Assembly (NCBI GenBank): GCA_951406725.2
Contig: OX597827.1
Coordinates: 13,392,001 to 13,456,000, forward strand
Length of the DNA stretch: 64,000 bases
Source: Octopus vulgaris
Lineage: Eukaryota
Direction: 5' to 3'
Shown: positions 39,802 to 55,439 of the stretch, piece by piece
How positions within the stretch are numbered: position 1 is the stretch's first letter
Layout: the number at the start of each line of letters is the position of its first letter
The notes under the pieces: generated by a model
Databases searched by the model: none
Seen by the model: only the letters and a program-made list of their open reading frames with translations
What the model was told of the DNA's origin: nothing
Translations under genes and position numbers: made by a program

Positions 39802-39988
39802 TTGTGTGTCTGTGTTTGTCCCCCTAGCATTGCTTGACAACCGATGCTGGTGTGTTTACGTCCCCGTCACTTAGCGGTTCGGCAAAAGAGACCGATAGAA
39901 TAAGTACTAGGCTTACAAAGAATAAGTCCTGGGGTCGATTTGCTCGACTAAAGGCGGTGCTCCAGCATGACCGCAAGTAAAAGAGAGT
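39595..39988 (+). mobile_element. family A SINE
   Basis: Matches the family consensus. Confidence 0.9.
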
Positions 39989-40591
39989 ATACTTTTATGT
40001 AATTTTGGTAAATATATCTGTTAAAATGAGATGTGCTATTTTCATTTGTGTAATTTAGACAGTTTATCCACCACACCTTATACATATATATGCATGTATG
40101 TATATAGGTATGTACACACACACACACACACACAATTCATTTTTCGTGTACCATAACCACTCACAAGTCTTTGGTCAATCTGAAACTATAGCAGAAGATA
40201 TTTGTTCAAAATGACACACAGTGGGACTGAACCTGGAACCATACGGATGGTAAGCAAGCCCTTTACCACCATCTGCACCTATTCTTCATCATGTTGCAAA
40301 TTAAGTGAAAGTAAGGAAATATGTTTTTTTAATAGAAATATGTTAACCAAAACGATAAGAAATGGTGGTCACATGTGGAATGTGACTAGTCTTGTTTACT
40401 AGCCTTTTCACTCAAGACTGATTTCAAATGGTACAACAATAGAAAACGACAATGGCAAACAAAAGAAAAAACAATAACAAAGACAGGCTACATGAGAATT
40501 ATAAGAAAACATGTATTATAATAGACTATTGAGTCTTAAAGGTTTACATGAATATATATATAAAATATAATATATAGATATATACATATAG

Positions 40592-40627
<36 letters not shown>

Positions 40628-40819
40628 ATAAAAGCCATTATGAGATCTTAGAGAAGTTATTGGTTTATTCTTTCTCATAAAGAGCTAAATAGAAGACTTT
40701 TGAAAAAAATATGTGAGAAAAACTAATCGTTTAGTATTAAAAGATCAATATCCCAAAACTATAAAGACAGACATTAGCTGTTGTCAAGTAATTCCATCAT
40801 AAACATACTCTGTTAATTG

Positions 40820-40852
40820 ATATATATATGTGTGTATATATATATGTATATA

Positions 40853-40917
<65 letters not shown>

Positions 40918-41084
40918 CATATATACACACACATATATATATATATATATACACACATATATATACACACACACATATATATATATACATATGTATATAT
41001 ATATACACACACATATATATACACACACACATATATATATACACACATATATATATGTACATATGTATATATATATATATATAC

Positions 41085-41131
<47 letters not shown>

Positions 41132-41170
41132 TATATATATACACACACATATATACACATATATATACAC

Positions 41171-41247
<77 letters not shown>

Positions 41248-41285
41248 CACATATACATACATATATATACATATGCCTATATATA

Positions 41286-41326
<41 letters not shown>
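40820..41326. repeat. compound (TA)/(CA)/(TG) microsatellite
   Basis: Directly visible. Confidence 0.95.
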
Positions 41327-41328
<2 letters not shown>

Positions 41329-42335
41329 ATAGCTAATGGGGCCCTTATAAATATCCAGGGTATTATTCATTCTGAATGAATGTCCCCAGTGTTAATAACT
41401 ATTTTCCTCAGTTGGTGAAAAATCATTAAATTTAACATTAGTATTGATTTTTTTCAAACTTCCCCTTATTGTCAAAGACATTTATCATCTATTTACGCAC
41501 AGTCAGTACTAAAGAATTGATACAATTAAGCTGTTTGTCTGGTTTTCTTGAAAGCCATCATTGTTAAATGGTGGCTGAGTGGTTAGGGGGCACAGCACAT
41601 CTGCTGAAGAAGTTCAATATATGTAATAGTCATCACTAACTTGTTAAAATATATCGCAGGACAACGAAACAAAGGAGCCCCTAAGTAGATAACGAATATG
41701 CTAGAAATAGCAGCCAAGTGTCTTTCAAATTACATATTAACCCCTTACCCAACAATTATTTTGAAAATAAATGTATTTTTTCAGACATATTTTTTATATG
41801 ACATATTTTTTATAATAGACAAAGGAACTCGTTTGCTGTCGATTTTGGCGAGTCTATCTTTTGACGAGTTAACTCGCATATATTCGTTTCTGCCGGGTAA
41901 GGGGTTAAGACTTCTTAAAAGGAAGTGCACAAAATAATGTTTTATATAAAAGGAAACAACAGACTGCATCATCATGAATACAATTTGTTAACAATAGCAT
42001 AATTGGTCACATGCACAAATATGTAAATTAGGCTATACCTGACAGCAACTCAATTACACTGTTTATTGTAGAAGGAAATTGGGTTTAGCTACTCTGAGAA
42101 GTGACCAACAAACCATGACATGGTCTATCAAGGCACTCCCTCCCTCATTTTTCAACACATTAATAGCAGAGGAAGAGTGTATTTACATTTTTATATTAAC
42201 CTACAGGAAGGCTTTATAATACTTAAATATATATTTCACTGCTGATTTATGTTATACTGTGCAAAAATATTGTCTAACATGCACATATACACAAGATGCA
42301 CACACAACATGTACGCACGCACACATGTACACACG

Positions 42336-42373
<38 letters not shown>

Positions 42374-42600
42374 CACACATATAGGACAATGAACTTTCAG
42401 AATCGTTACCCCACCAGGAAAAATGGTTAGCAGCATTTCTTCTGACTTTATGTTTTAAGTTCAAATGCTGCGAAGTTTGATTTCACCATTTCTCTTTTAG
42501 GGGTCGATAAAATAGAGTACCAGTTGAACTCTGGGATCAATATAATTGACTTACTCCCTCCTCCAAACTTGCTGGCCTTGGGCCAAAACTTGAAACCAAC

Positions 42601-42644
<44 letters not shown>

Positions 42645-42852
42645 TTATGTTGATTCGCTAGCTTCTGCACGCATTTTTCTTTCTCTCCTTGTTTCTCTCC
42701 GTGTTTCTTTTCTGTGTATCTTTCTGTCGAAGAGCGTAGGCTCGAAACGTAAAAGACTTGTTTTATTTATATTCCTGAGCGCCATACTAATACAATTGTT
42801 TGTTTGTATTCCACCTGCCTTCATCTTTTGTTTATTTTCATAAAGCTTCCCG

Positions 42853-42854
<2 letters not shown>
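42645..42854 (+). mobile_element. microsatellite-flanked element with hammerhead-like motif at 42719-42756
   Basis: tcttt CTGTCGA a gagc-gtag-gctc GAAA cg TA aaaga (U in place of A6). Related to 53898-54096. Confidence 0.65.
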
Positions 42855-42886
<32 letters not shown>

Positions 42887-42890
42887 TGTC

Positions 42891-42925
<35 letters not shown>

Positions 42926-43091
42926 GTATATATATATACATATATATGTGTGTGTATATATATAAATATATATATATATTACCGTGACTGACCAGGCTGT
43001 CAGATGTTGCTACACATCGCTGGTCACAATGCGCTTTGCATTGTTTTATCCTTCAAATGACACCACCCCGCTAGCTTAAGCGAGCAGGCCA

Positions 43092-43126
<35 letters not shown>

Positions 43127-44501
43127 GCATACATGTACGTATGTATGTATGTAGGTATGTATGTGTGTATGTGCAAGAATATATGTATTCAGTAATAAGT
43201 GATAAGACACATAATTCCCAAACATGTCCATGGTTCATGGTTGTCCTTAGCAAACACCAATCAAACTCATTTTCCCAACACAGATAAATTAACTTGAAAA
43301 ATCAATTTATAATTTGTTGAAGTTATCTCCCCTTTTCTTTTATTGTCTCTAACAATACTAAGTGTTTGTTTCCTTTCGCTAACTCAGATGGAAATTGCAA
43401 TTAATTAAGAATTCTTTGTGTACAGAATTAACCATTAATGTACAGCACCATTAAACTTAATTATTGCTAATAATTTGGCAAATGTGAAACCGAAGATTCA
43501 GACCATTGTCAGTGTTAATAGTAACAATGATATCACTGCAACATAGGCTTGGAGGAGGTGCAATGGGCTTTTACAAACTTCAAAGTTCATTTAGTATCTT
43601 GCTCACATGATCCAACAGAAAGTATTTGAATTCATCTAGAAATGCCTTGACTGAAAGAAATTAGTAGTAAGAAGATACTAAGTGCTATCTGGTTTCATTA
43701 GTGGGTACAAATGATTAAATGTCCGCCAAATTTTTGTGGGGACACTTTAATAAATCTCAGTTCTGGTTGAATGACTAATAAATATTTGGTTTTATTGTAT
43801 AGCTAATAAACATCAAAATTGGTTGTGTTGTTAATAAACATTGCTTTTCACTGGTAATACATTCAAAGTAGTTCTAGAGATAATCAAAGTTATGTTTGAT
43901 TGTATAGCTAATAAACATTATATCTATAGTTAATAAAGGTAGATTAGTTGTATATTTAATGACTGTTAAGTCATGTGATATGGTTAATAAATTTCGATTT
44001 CATTTTACCGAGAAGAGACAACAAGGCAAAAATTTTTGTAGTGCGGGTGAGGAGGTATAAAGCAGCAAAACAAATGTAATCAAGTCTCTATAGTTGGGGT
44101 GATAGATGTAATTTATCTGGTAGGATTTAGATGAATAGAAAGAGACCAGATATAATATTAGCACGAGAGAGGCAAACAGTTCAATACTCTGCTCTTTCTA
44201 TCAACTTGTCGTCCTTGTATGAATAATAGATATCAGTTCCAGTTGAGTGTGTGTCATTGATTTAATTATATCTGCATTTAGATAGGAATTTACACAACAG
44301 ATAATGAAATTAATATAGAAAGCTCTCTCAGTGATTATAGACATCTGTAGTACTGGTACTGGACACAATGCAAGTATGCTATGAGTCAGTGAGGGTTCTC
44401 TAAGTGGTCAGTCAGTCTGCTAGAAATACTAGTCATAGCTCACTTAAGTCACACCTTGATATCTTAAAATGGTAGAATGCATTGCTTTAATGATGGGATA
44501 C

Positions 44502-44917
44502 TCTCTTTACTCTTTACTCTTTTACTTGTTTCAGTCATTTGACTGTGGCCATGCTGGAGCACCGCCTTTAGTCGAGCAAATCGACCCCGGGACTTATTCT
44601 TTTGTAAGCCCAGTACTTATTCTATCGGTCCCTTTTGCCGAACCGCTAAGTGACGGGGACATAAACACACCAGCATCGGTTGTCAAGCAATGCTAGGGGA
44701 ACAAACACAGACACACAAACACACACACACACACACACATACATATATATATATACATATATACGACAGGCTTCTTTCAGTTTCCGTCTATCAAATCCAC
44801 TCACAAGGCATTAGTCGGCCCGGGGCTATAGCAGAAGACACTTGCCCAAGATGCCACACAGTGGGACTGAACCCGGAACCATGTGGTTGGTAAGCAAGCT
44901 ACTTACCACACAGCCAC
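44502..44917 (-). mobile_element. family A SINE
   Basis: Matches the family consensus. Confidence 0.9.
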
Positions 44918-45099
44918 TTGGCCTAAGTCTAAACAGCAATTGTAACATGAGAGGAGCCAGGACCAGCAGACTGAATGCAGCATGCTGACCTCGGCTGAAG
45001 AATTCCTGTACCAAAACTAGAGGTGGTGGTGTTGGTGGCATGGTGGTGGTGAGGTGGTTGTGGTGGTGGTGGTGGTGGTTTGTTTGTTTGTTTGTTGAG

Positions 45100-45457
45100 T
45101 GAAGTGGTCTTCATCCCATTAGTGGGCTAAGTCCGAAACGTGGTCCTTTGCTATTCGTAAGACCTGCAGAAGAGAAAGCAGGTCAACCCCTGACACCGAG
45201 AGCATCGACGGATGGATGAATGCGCATCCAGGCTCAGCTGTTGCGTAGGAAGTCGAGGACAAGAAACAGGAAGAAAGAGTGAGAGAAAGTTGGAGCGAAA
45301 GAGTACAACAGGGGTCGCCACCACCCCCTGCCGGAGCCTCGTGGAGCTTTTAGGTGTTTTCGCTCAATAAACACACACAACATCTGGTCTGGGAATCGAA
45401 ACCGCGATCCTCTGACTGCAAGTCCGCTGCCCTAACCACTGGGCCATTGTGCCTCCA
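45100..45457 (-). mobile_element. family C SINE with a third alternative tail
   Basis: 45262-45457 matches 29733-29927, while 45100-45260 is unrelated to the 29544-29730 tail. Confidence 0.75.
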
Positions 45458-45716
45458 TGGTGGTGGTGGTGGTGGGTATGCTAATGTGGATCTCTTACTT
45501 CATTGTAGACTAAACAAAGGATCAGAATTAGGTGTAGTTTATTGGATCAACACCAATATGTATATACCTGGCATTAATTTTACTGCTCATGGACTGGTAC
45601 TAATCTTATTGACCTTAGAAGACTGATTCAACCTGAGTGGGATGTGAACCTAGAATATAAGTGGATATAACCAATATTACAAAGCATTTGTCCAATTGTC
45701 TGCCACTCAACTGCCT

Positions 45717-45785
<69 letters not shown>

Positions 45786-45944
45786 GAAGAAGAAGAAGAA
45801 GAAGAAGTGCAAAAGATTGTCTTAACTGGTACATCACATGTATTGAGAAGAACATTATCGATTTGAGAACTATTACTACCCATGTATATTAATCTAACTT
45901 AAAAAAAAAAAAAATAATAATAATAATAATATTTATAATAATAA

Positions 45945-46370
45945 TCATCATCATCATCATCGTCTAACGTCCGCTTTCCATGCTAGCATGGGTTGGACGG
46001 TTCGACTGGGGTCTGGGAAGCCCGAAGGCTGCACCAGGCCTAGTCAGATCTGGCAGTGTTTCTACAGCTGGATGCCCTTCCTAATGCCAACCACTCCATG
46101 AGTGTAGTGAGTGCTTTTTACGTCCCACCAGCACAGGTGCCAGGCGAGGCTGGCAAACGGCCACGATCGGTTGGTGCTTTTTACGTGCCACCAGCATGGA
46201 GACCAGTCGGGGTGGCGCTGGCAATGGCCACATTCAGATGGTTCTCTTACGTGCCACTGGCACTGGTATCACAGCTACAATTTCCATTGATTTTGATCGA
46301 TTTCGATTTCATTTGCCTCAACAGGTCTTCGCAGGTAGAGTTTTGTGTCCCAAGAAGGTAAGGTATGCAT
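45945..46370 (-). mobile_element. family B element, long copy
   Basis: Matches 58258-58758. Confidence 0.85.
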
Positions 46371-46475
46371 AAGAAGCCCATCGTATATATATATATATAT
46401 ATATATACGATGGGCTTCTTTCAGTTTCCATCTACCAAATCCACTCACAAGGTTTTGGTTGGCCTGAGACTATAG

Positions 46476-46509
<34 letters not shown>

Positions 46510-46759
46510 TGTTTATATGAATATGTTTGTGTGTTTGTCCTCCTACCATCACTTGACAACCAATGTTGGTGTGTTTACGTACCAGTAACATAACAGTTCG
46601 CCAAATAAGACCGATAGAATAAGTACCAGGATTCCAAAGAATAAGTCCTGGGGTCGATTTGTTCAACTAAAGGTGATGCTCTAGCATGGCCGCAGTCGAA
46701 GACTGAAACAAGTAAAAGAACACACACACACACACACATACACACACACATATATATAC

Positions 46760-46989
46760 ATTTCTTTACTGCCCAGAAGGGGCTAAACATAGAGGGGAAA
46801 AACAAGGACAGACGAAGGGATTGAGTCGAATATATCGCCCCCAGTGCGAAACTGGTACTTTTTTTATCGACCCCGAAAGGATGAAAGGCAAAGTTGACCT
46901 CGGCGGAATTTGAACTCAGAACGTAACGACAGACGAAATACCGCTAAGCATTTCGCCCGGTGTGCTAACATGTCTGCCAGCTCGCCGCC
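46760..46989 (-). mobile_element. family D SINE, full length
   Basis: Matches 15399-15629. Confidence 0.9.
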
Positions 46990-48097
46990 TGATATATATA
47001 TATATACACACATAACAAACACACACGTACATGTGTGTGTGTGTATGCATGGCAACACATAAACACACATATTACTGTCAGTACATCACCACAGGATGAA
47101 AACCTGTACATTTGAACACAAATAACCTGCAATATTTATGATCATCCGAGTTATCTTCTCTTATGTTAGCGTCCATTTTGTATTTCCGTCTCTTGCAAGA
47201 ATGATCAAAAAGTTCCAGACCGTGTAGTGGCGTCAATATGATCAACCGAAATCTCTTGAAAAGGATGCCCCAACATGGCAACAGTCCAATAATTAAAACC
47301 CATAATATAAGGTAAAGAATCAAAGAAATTTCTAATGCAGAATTAATTAATTCATATGTTCTCTGGTGTAATGAGAAATAATTTTCTTCAAACACTAATT
47401 AACGTGACCACACTACCAATGCTTATATAGAATTATTGATTACCAATTATGTTAAAAGGTTGTTCTTGTTGTTGATGATTTGCCCTGATAGATGCACTCC
47501 TATGATCAAACCATGAACTTTTTATTGCTATCTAGGACTACATGAGGTGAAGGTACATGGTCTTGTAGTTACATTGTTGGACTCGTGACTGTAAGTACGT
47601 GATTTCAATTCCCCGACAGAGTGACACACTGCTTTTCTTTTATCTTTGTTCCTGTTTTCTTTTATTTTTTTCAGTCATTTGATGGTGGCCATACTGGGGT
47701 ACGACTTTGAAGGGTTTCTTTAGACGAAAAATTTGACTTCAGTACTTAATTTTTTTTTCAAGCCTTAGTACTTTATTCTATTGGTCTCTTTTGTTGAACT
47801 GCTAAGTTATGGAGACATAAAACACGCCAACACCAGTTGTCAAGCAATGGTGCGGGGACAAACACATACAAACACACACGCATAAATATATACATATACA
47901 TACATACATATATATATGGCAACAGTGGTGTATCAGCATGGTCACAGCTCTGAGTTGAAACTAAGAAAAAAGAAGAAAAAAAAAGAATATATATATATAC
48001 ATACATATATATATATATGTATATATATATGTATATGTATATGTATATATATATATATACATATATATATATGTATATGTATATATATATATGTATG

Positions 48098-48190
<93 letters not shown>

Positions 48191-49002
48191 GCAACAAGTT
48201 TCTTTCGGTTTTCCTCCACCAAATTCACTGACAAAGCTTCAGTCAGCCTGAGGCTATATAGTAGAATAGAGTTGCCCAGGGTGCCTTGCAATGCAACTGA
48301 ACCTGGAGTCATATGGTTGAGAAGAAAGTTTTTACCACACGACCACCCCTATGCCTTGAGAATAATTTTTCAGTTATGTTACTCCAGTCAGCACTGCTGA
48401 AAATATGTACCAACAACAGCCATGGGTTAACCCTCAAGGAAAAATGAGAAGTACTGTACTTTCAATCACTTGTACTTCATGGAAACTAGGATAAAACCTA
48501 GGCTAATGGGCAGGTAGATGCAAAAAGAGACCTACAACTAAGGGTTACATTATCCAAAATTATTTCCTCATTTATTTCTTTTAAGGTGATAGAAAATTAT
48601 TTGAGGAAGATTTGCTAGCCACTATTTCCAAGAGACCAAATATTTTGATACCAACTTGTCTGAAAAATGTACTTGATTCTATGATACAAGCTTCTTGCTT
48701 AAAATGATCTTAAATTAAAACTTTCCATTAAAATTCATGTCAGTTTACATTTCAAATGGAAGTTTAATAATGGTCAAGTTATTCATTAAATTCTCCACTA
48801 TTTTCAAAATAAATTGAAACAAAGGCAAAGATTTTGTTTTTAACAGGAACGTAGTAGCAAGAAGTTTAAGCTAACATGTTGTAGGATCCTTCATTAGCTT
48901 GTACGTTAAGACATTGTTGTTTAGCCTCATGCCAACCTTGATTAAACAGAGTTATAATCAAAGGCTTTCTTGTCATCCTCATTTACTTTAATTTTAGCCA
49001 AT

Positions 49003-49675
<673 letters not shown>

Positions 49676-51289
49676 ATAGATAATGAAATTTTAGATGCAC
49701 TATATAACCTTCTTTTTTAAAAAATACTCAGAGGTGATTTAAATCTTTTGTGATCGCATGTAGGGCCTCTGTCAATAAAAGCTCATCATGAACCAACACA
49801 CACATGTATATATGCAAACTTGGGCAAGATATTTTGAGGAAGATTGGAAGTTATCCATACATATGAGTCTGCTCTCACCACACCATGATATTTATCCAAG
49901 GGAAAGACTACTGACTTGAGCCAATACAGCTTGCCATCATTATAGCTATTCAGAATACAAAACGTGGATGAGATAGTGCAAGGCATCTTGTCCAAATCTC
50001 TCGCAGTACAACCCACCTTCCTAGACTCAGTAGCAAAACCTAAGTGTAGAGCAAGGGCAATAGTTCCAAAAGTTGGCAGTACGGGGCCCCATCCATTGGA
50101 AGATCGGGAGTGGGGCATTGAAGAAAAGCGGGGCAATAAAGGAATGGCTTAAAGGGGGTGATAGGTATACAAACAACAAAATAATGGGGTAATTGGATTA
50201 AGTTTCAGTTGTGAAATACAGTTGTTTTGAATTTGCTTCAGAAAGTGATTAATGTTTGAGGTGGTGAGGGGTGGGGGTGGTGGGAGACACAAGGAATGTG
50301 ACCTGGGTGCGAAGTGGGTGGCAACCCGTAAAAGTCTGGGAACCACAGAGCAAGGGGGATGATCTACACTGATTAACATGTTTATGGAGGCAGCACTTTT
50401 GGGCCTGTAGTATAAATTTATATAGGTACTACCTGAGGGAAAGGTAGTAAACTCAATAACTACCCTGGGTAGCACATACTTTAGCTATGCCACAGCTAGG
50501 CAGGAACCTTTTCATTGACCCCCAAAAAAGGGAGAGCAAAGTTAACCTCAGTGAGATTTTAATACAGTGCAGAGAGTTGGAGTCAATAGTGAGTGGTGAT
50601 TTATTTAACAATCTAATAATTCCACTATGTGGGGGAAGGTAATGGCTTAGTGGCTAGGGTATTCAACTCATGATTGTAAGGTCAGGAGTTTGTTTACCAC
50701 TGACACATTGTGTCCTTGAGCAAGACACTCTATTTCACATACTCCAGTCAACTCACCTGGCAAAAATGAGTCGTACCAGCCTTGTCACATCCTGTGTCAC
50801 ACTGAGTCTCCCTGAGAACTACTTTAAGGGTATGTATATCTGTTGAATACTCAGCTACATGCAGCTTAATTTTATGAGTAGGCTGTTCCATTGGTCAGAT
50901 CGACTGGAATCCTTGTCATCGTAAACAACTGAGTGTCAGTCAATTCTGCTAGTTCCTCATTCTTTTGGCCGTATATTTCTTATCCAATACATTGTCTATG
51001 TATTTCAGTTCATTTTGAAACTAAAAATTTGAAAAGATTTAACAAAATAATTTTTTCCAAATTAATCTTCTTAAAATATAGCTTAACAAAAATAGTTGAC
51101 ATAAAATATCTATTATCTTTCACTTGTTTCAGTCATTGAATGTGGTCATGCTGGGGCACCAGTTAACAGGGCTTTAGCCGAACCAATCGACCACAGCACT
51201 TATTATTTTTAAGTTCTGGTACTAAATCTATTAAACTCTTTTGCTGAACCACTAAGTTACAGGAATGTATATGAACCAACAATGGACCA

Positions 51290-51358
<69 letters not shown>

Positions 51359-51629
51359 CAGGCTTTCATAAAGTTTCTGTCTCCCAAATTCACTCACAGG
51401 GCATTGGTCAGCCCAAAGCTGTAGTAGAAGATGCCCAAGGCGTTACGTAGTGGGACTGAACCCAAAACGACGTGGTTGCAAAATAAAGCTTCTTAACCGC
51501 CATAGCCATGCTTGTACATGTTACGAGAGAAGGTTTTAATTCAGATTCAGACAAACGGGCTCTTTAACCCTTTAGCTTTCAGATTACTCTGTCAAATGTA
51601 TTTCTTATTTATTCACATTATTTTGAAGT

Positions 51630-52100
51630 AACCCTTTCGTTACTGTATTTATTTTGAGATGCTCTGTAGTTCTTTCAATTACTTTAATATAACAGCCTCG
51701 CCTGGCCCCCGTGCCGGTGGCATGTAAAAGCACCGTCTGTTCCTGGCTGTTTGCCAGCTCTGTCTGGCACCTGTGCAGGTGGCACGTAAAAAGCACCCAC
51801 TACACTCACGGAGTGGTTGGCGTTAGGAAGGGCATCCAGCTGTAGAAACACTGCCAGATCAGACTGGGCCTAATGCAGCCTTTTGGCTTCACAGACCCCA
51901 GTTGAACCGTCCAACCCATGCTAGCATGGAAAGCGGACGCTAAATGATGATGATGATGATGAAAGAATTTAGTAAAATAACTTGGAACATAAATTGTGAC
52001 TAAGGTTTGATGGCAGGTTTTAATTCAAAACTTATGAAAACAAGATAGTTGTACTCAGAGCCAGAGCCGGTTTCAGCCGGGTTGGTAACGAAAGGGTTAA
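51630..52100 (-). mobile_element. TTAA MITE interrupted by a family B element (51693-51961)
   Basis: Ends aaccctttcgttac / gtaacgaaagggttaa. Confidence 0.8.
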
Positions 52101-52142
52101 TCACCCATGATCTCATAGATTTGAGATTTTAATGATGGAACT

Positions 52143-52348
52143 CTACTCTTTTTTACTCTTTTACTTGTTTCAGTCATTTGACTGTGGCCATGCAGGAGCT
52201 CCGCCTTTAGTCGAGCAAATCGACCCCGGGACTTATTCATTGAAAGCCTAGTACTTATTCTATCGGTCTCTATTGCCGAACTGCTAAGTTACGGGGACGT
52301 AAACACACCAGCATCGGTTGTCAAGCGATGTTGGGGGGACAAACACAA

Positions 52349-52383
<35 letters not shown>

Positions 52384-52551
52384 CGACAGGCTTCTTTCAG
52401 TTTCCGTCTAGGCCACCAAATCCACTCACAAGGCTTTGGTCGGCCCGGGGCTATAGCAGAAGACACTTGCCCAAGGTGCCACACAGTGGGACTGAACCCG
52501 GAACCATGTGGTTGGTTAGCAAGCTACTTACCACACAGCCACTCCTGCGCC
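52143..52551 (-). mobile_element. family A SINE
   Basis: Matches the family consensus. Confidence 0.9.
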
Positions 52552-52853
52552 TATCAGGCTTATCAGGCTCAACTGTTTATTTTTACCGAGATTGTAGAGT
52601 AATTGTGATAAGCCTGATCTGTCCAATTTCAACAGAGAACAGAAAGAATATTTGGGCCTGATAAGGGTTAAAATAGAATTTATATCAAAGAATAAAAGGC
52701 TGGTTCAGGTAGTTTTGTATTAAATGGGTTAAGTAAACTACACCTTTGAATGAATTTCTGCAATGTTTTTTAAACCTTAAAAAACTTATGCATAGATTAT
52801 ACAGTGTTATGAATAATCTCCATCTTTGAAATTACTTTTTGCCTCTTTCTAAA

Positions 52854-52893
<40 letters not shown>

Positions 52894-53790
52894 TTCAGTT
52901 TATGCTTTTCTTTATTTTATTTTATTTTATTTTATTATTTTTTCTTAGCAAGTAGGAACAAGATAATTTGTTTTGCTTCATTTCAATATAGAGACTACCT
53001 TATTGGAGACTACAGCTAGAAATATATATATATATTTTTTTTTTCTATCCTTGTTTTACAATACCATTCTGCTGCACTCATTTTAACTTTCACTTTCTCT
53101 TCCTCTCCGTCTGTGTCTTTATCGAGGTCTGTAAACCTTCTCTCTCTCTTTCTCCACCCACTCTGTTTCCCCTCCTCTCTCTCTCTCCCTCTCTCTCTCT
53201 CCCTATCTCTCTCTTTCTCCCCCTCTCTCTCTTTTTCTTGCTTTTTCACTCCTCTCTTCACTCTGTCTTTATCACTCTCTTTTATTTTTTTCCTTATATA
53301 TATTTTTCTGTCTCTATCCAAATTTGCTTTCACAAGAATCATTTCCTTCTTCTCCTTTCTTTGGTTTACTCATTCTTCTGAGTTTCATATTTGGATTTTT
53401 TTTTTTAAATATTATATTCATCAGTTTTCTTCAATGCTATATTTAGCAATATACTTCACTAAGAAATGTGTTTACGGTAAAATTAATAAACATATTGTAT
53501 GATAGTTGCTGCATTATTGTATTGTTGTTGTTGTTCTTGCCATCATCATCATCATCATTAGTATTATTGTTATTATTGTTATTATTATTATTGCTATTGT
53601 TCAGTGATTATGTCATAATGTTAACTATTTATACAACCTATAGATATTTATGTTGCAAAATATGTTTAATATTATAAATATATATTGATGCTTTAGATAC
53701 AACATTATTGCATATACCTTGGTCTTTTGTCCCTTCTACCACTATCATATACATGAATAAAAACGTATGAGTGTGTATGTAGGTGTGTAT

Positions 53791-53822
<32 letters not shown>

Positions 53823-53833
53823 GTGTGAATATA

Positions 53834-53897
<64 letters not shown>

Positions 53898-53899
<2 letters not shown>

Positions 53900-54096
53900 G
53901 GTGTGTACTGTTGGCGATTTTTTTCCCTCTGTTTTCCCTTCTCTGGATCTTTCCTTCTTCTATGTTTCCAATGAAGAGCTCCGCTCGAAACGTTAAACTC
54001 TCCTTCTTTCCTTCTTTCCTGAGCGTCCAATAATACTATATTTGTTCCACGTCCTTGCGTTGTTGTGTTTTTTTGTGCTTTCTTGTTTGGATTAAC
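53898..54096 (+). mobile_element. TA-flanked element with decayed hammerhead at 53964-53998
   Basis: gttt CCAATGA a gagc-tcc-gctc GAAA cg TT aaac. G5 is changed to A, probably by CpG decay. Confidence 0.7.
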
Positions 54097-54114
54097 TATA
54101 TATATATATGCTAC

Positions 54115-54203
<89 letters not shown>

Positions 54204-54505
54204 GAGGTATATATAGATGCAAATATATATATATATATATATATATGTTTTTTTATTCTTTTGCACGTTTCATTCATTCGATTGCTCAAGCACCACTGTA
54301 AATGGTTTTAGCCAAAGAATTCGACCCCAGTACTTATTCTTTGTAAGCCTAGTACTTATTCTATCAGTCTCTTTTGCCAAACCACTAAGTTATGGGGACA
54401 TAAACACACCAACATCGGATGTGAAGTGATGATGAAGGGACAAACACAGACACAGACACACACACAAATATATAGATATATATATATATATATATATATA
54501 CATTC

Positions 54506-54716
54506 ATAAATGAGGGTGAAAAATTAGATATTAATTTAATAATACCATTAGTTTAACACCAAGTGGCCTAGCACATAAAAAACCAGGGAGACAATACAAA
54601 TTTATACGTAAATATAAGAGAGTTACCGTTAAGTGGTTAACTCTAGTGCTAGAAATAACTCTTTATTCTGGAAACAACTTCGGTGGCTATACCAGAATAA
54701 GGAGCTATTTCTAGCT
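54506..54716 (-). mobile_element. element of the atgctaggccact-tail family
   Basis: Minus tail tgctaggccacttgg...caccctcatttat, with a short inverted repeat about 54648-54715. Confidence 0.6.
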
Positions 54717-54774
54717 CATAGCTGAGTGCTGCCTGATTAACACTGGGCAAAATGCTTAGAGGCATTTCTCGTTT

Positions 54775-55122
54775 GAGTGTGGTAAGTAGCTTGCGTGGCA
54801 CCTTGGGCAAGTGTCTTCTACTATAGCCTCAGGCCGACCAAAGCCTTGTGAGTGGATTTGGTAGACGGAAACTGAAAGAAGCCCGTCGTATATATGTATA
54901 TTTATGTGTGTGTGTGTTTGTTCCCCTAGCATTGCTTGACAACCGATGCTGGTGTGTTTATGTCCCCGTTACTTAGCGGTTCAGCAAAAGAGACCGATAG
55001 AATAAGTACTGGCCTTACAAAAGAATAAGTCCCAGGGTCGAGTTGCTCTACTAAAGGCGGGGCTCCAGCATGGCTGCAGTCAAATGACTGAAACAAGTAA
55101 AAGAGTAAAAGAGTAAAGAGAG
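54775..55122 (+). mobile_element. family A SINE with head deletion
   Basis: Matches the consensus but lacks the B-box segment. Confidence 0.85.
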
Positions 55123-55179
55123 TATAATCTAAAATAAGGTGATTATAATCAAAATAAGCAACAAGGATATCCAGAGGTA

Positions 55180-55268
55180 ATGTAGTACGATTGTTTCATG
55201 TGACTCCATTTAATTGAACAATGCAAACATTACATCAATTTAAAATGTAGAGCAATCTTCAGCTGCAT
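55180..55268 (-). ncRNA. hammerhead motif with long stem II, next to hairpin 55259-55397
   Basis: Minus strand: atgcag CTGAAGA ttgctc...gagtcacat GAAA caatcg TA ctacat. Confidence 0.55.
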
Positions 55269-55392
55269 AAAAATATAGAATTTGGTTAAATTCGAAGGAC
55301 TCATTTGTATAATTTTCTTTTTGTGGGGGGATAAAATGAAAATTATACAAATGAGTCTTTTGAATTTAACTAAATTCGGTATTTTTATGCAG

Positions 55393-55432
<40 letters not shown>

Positions 55433-55439
<7 letters not shown>

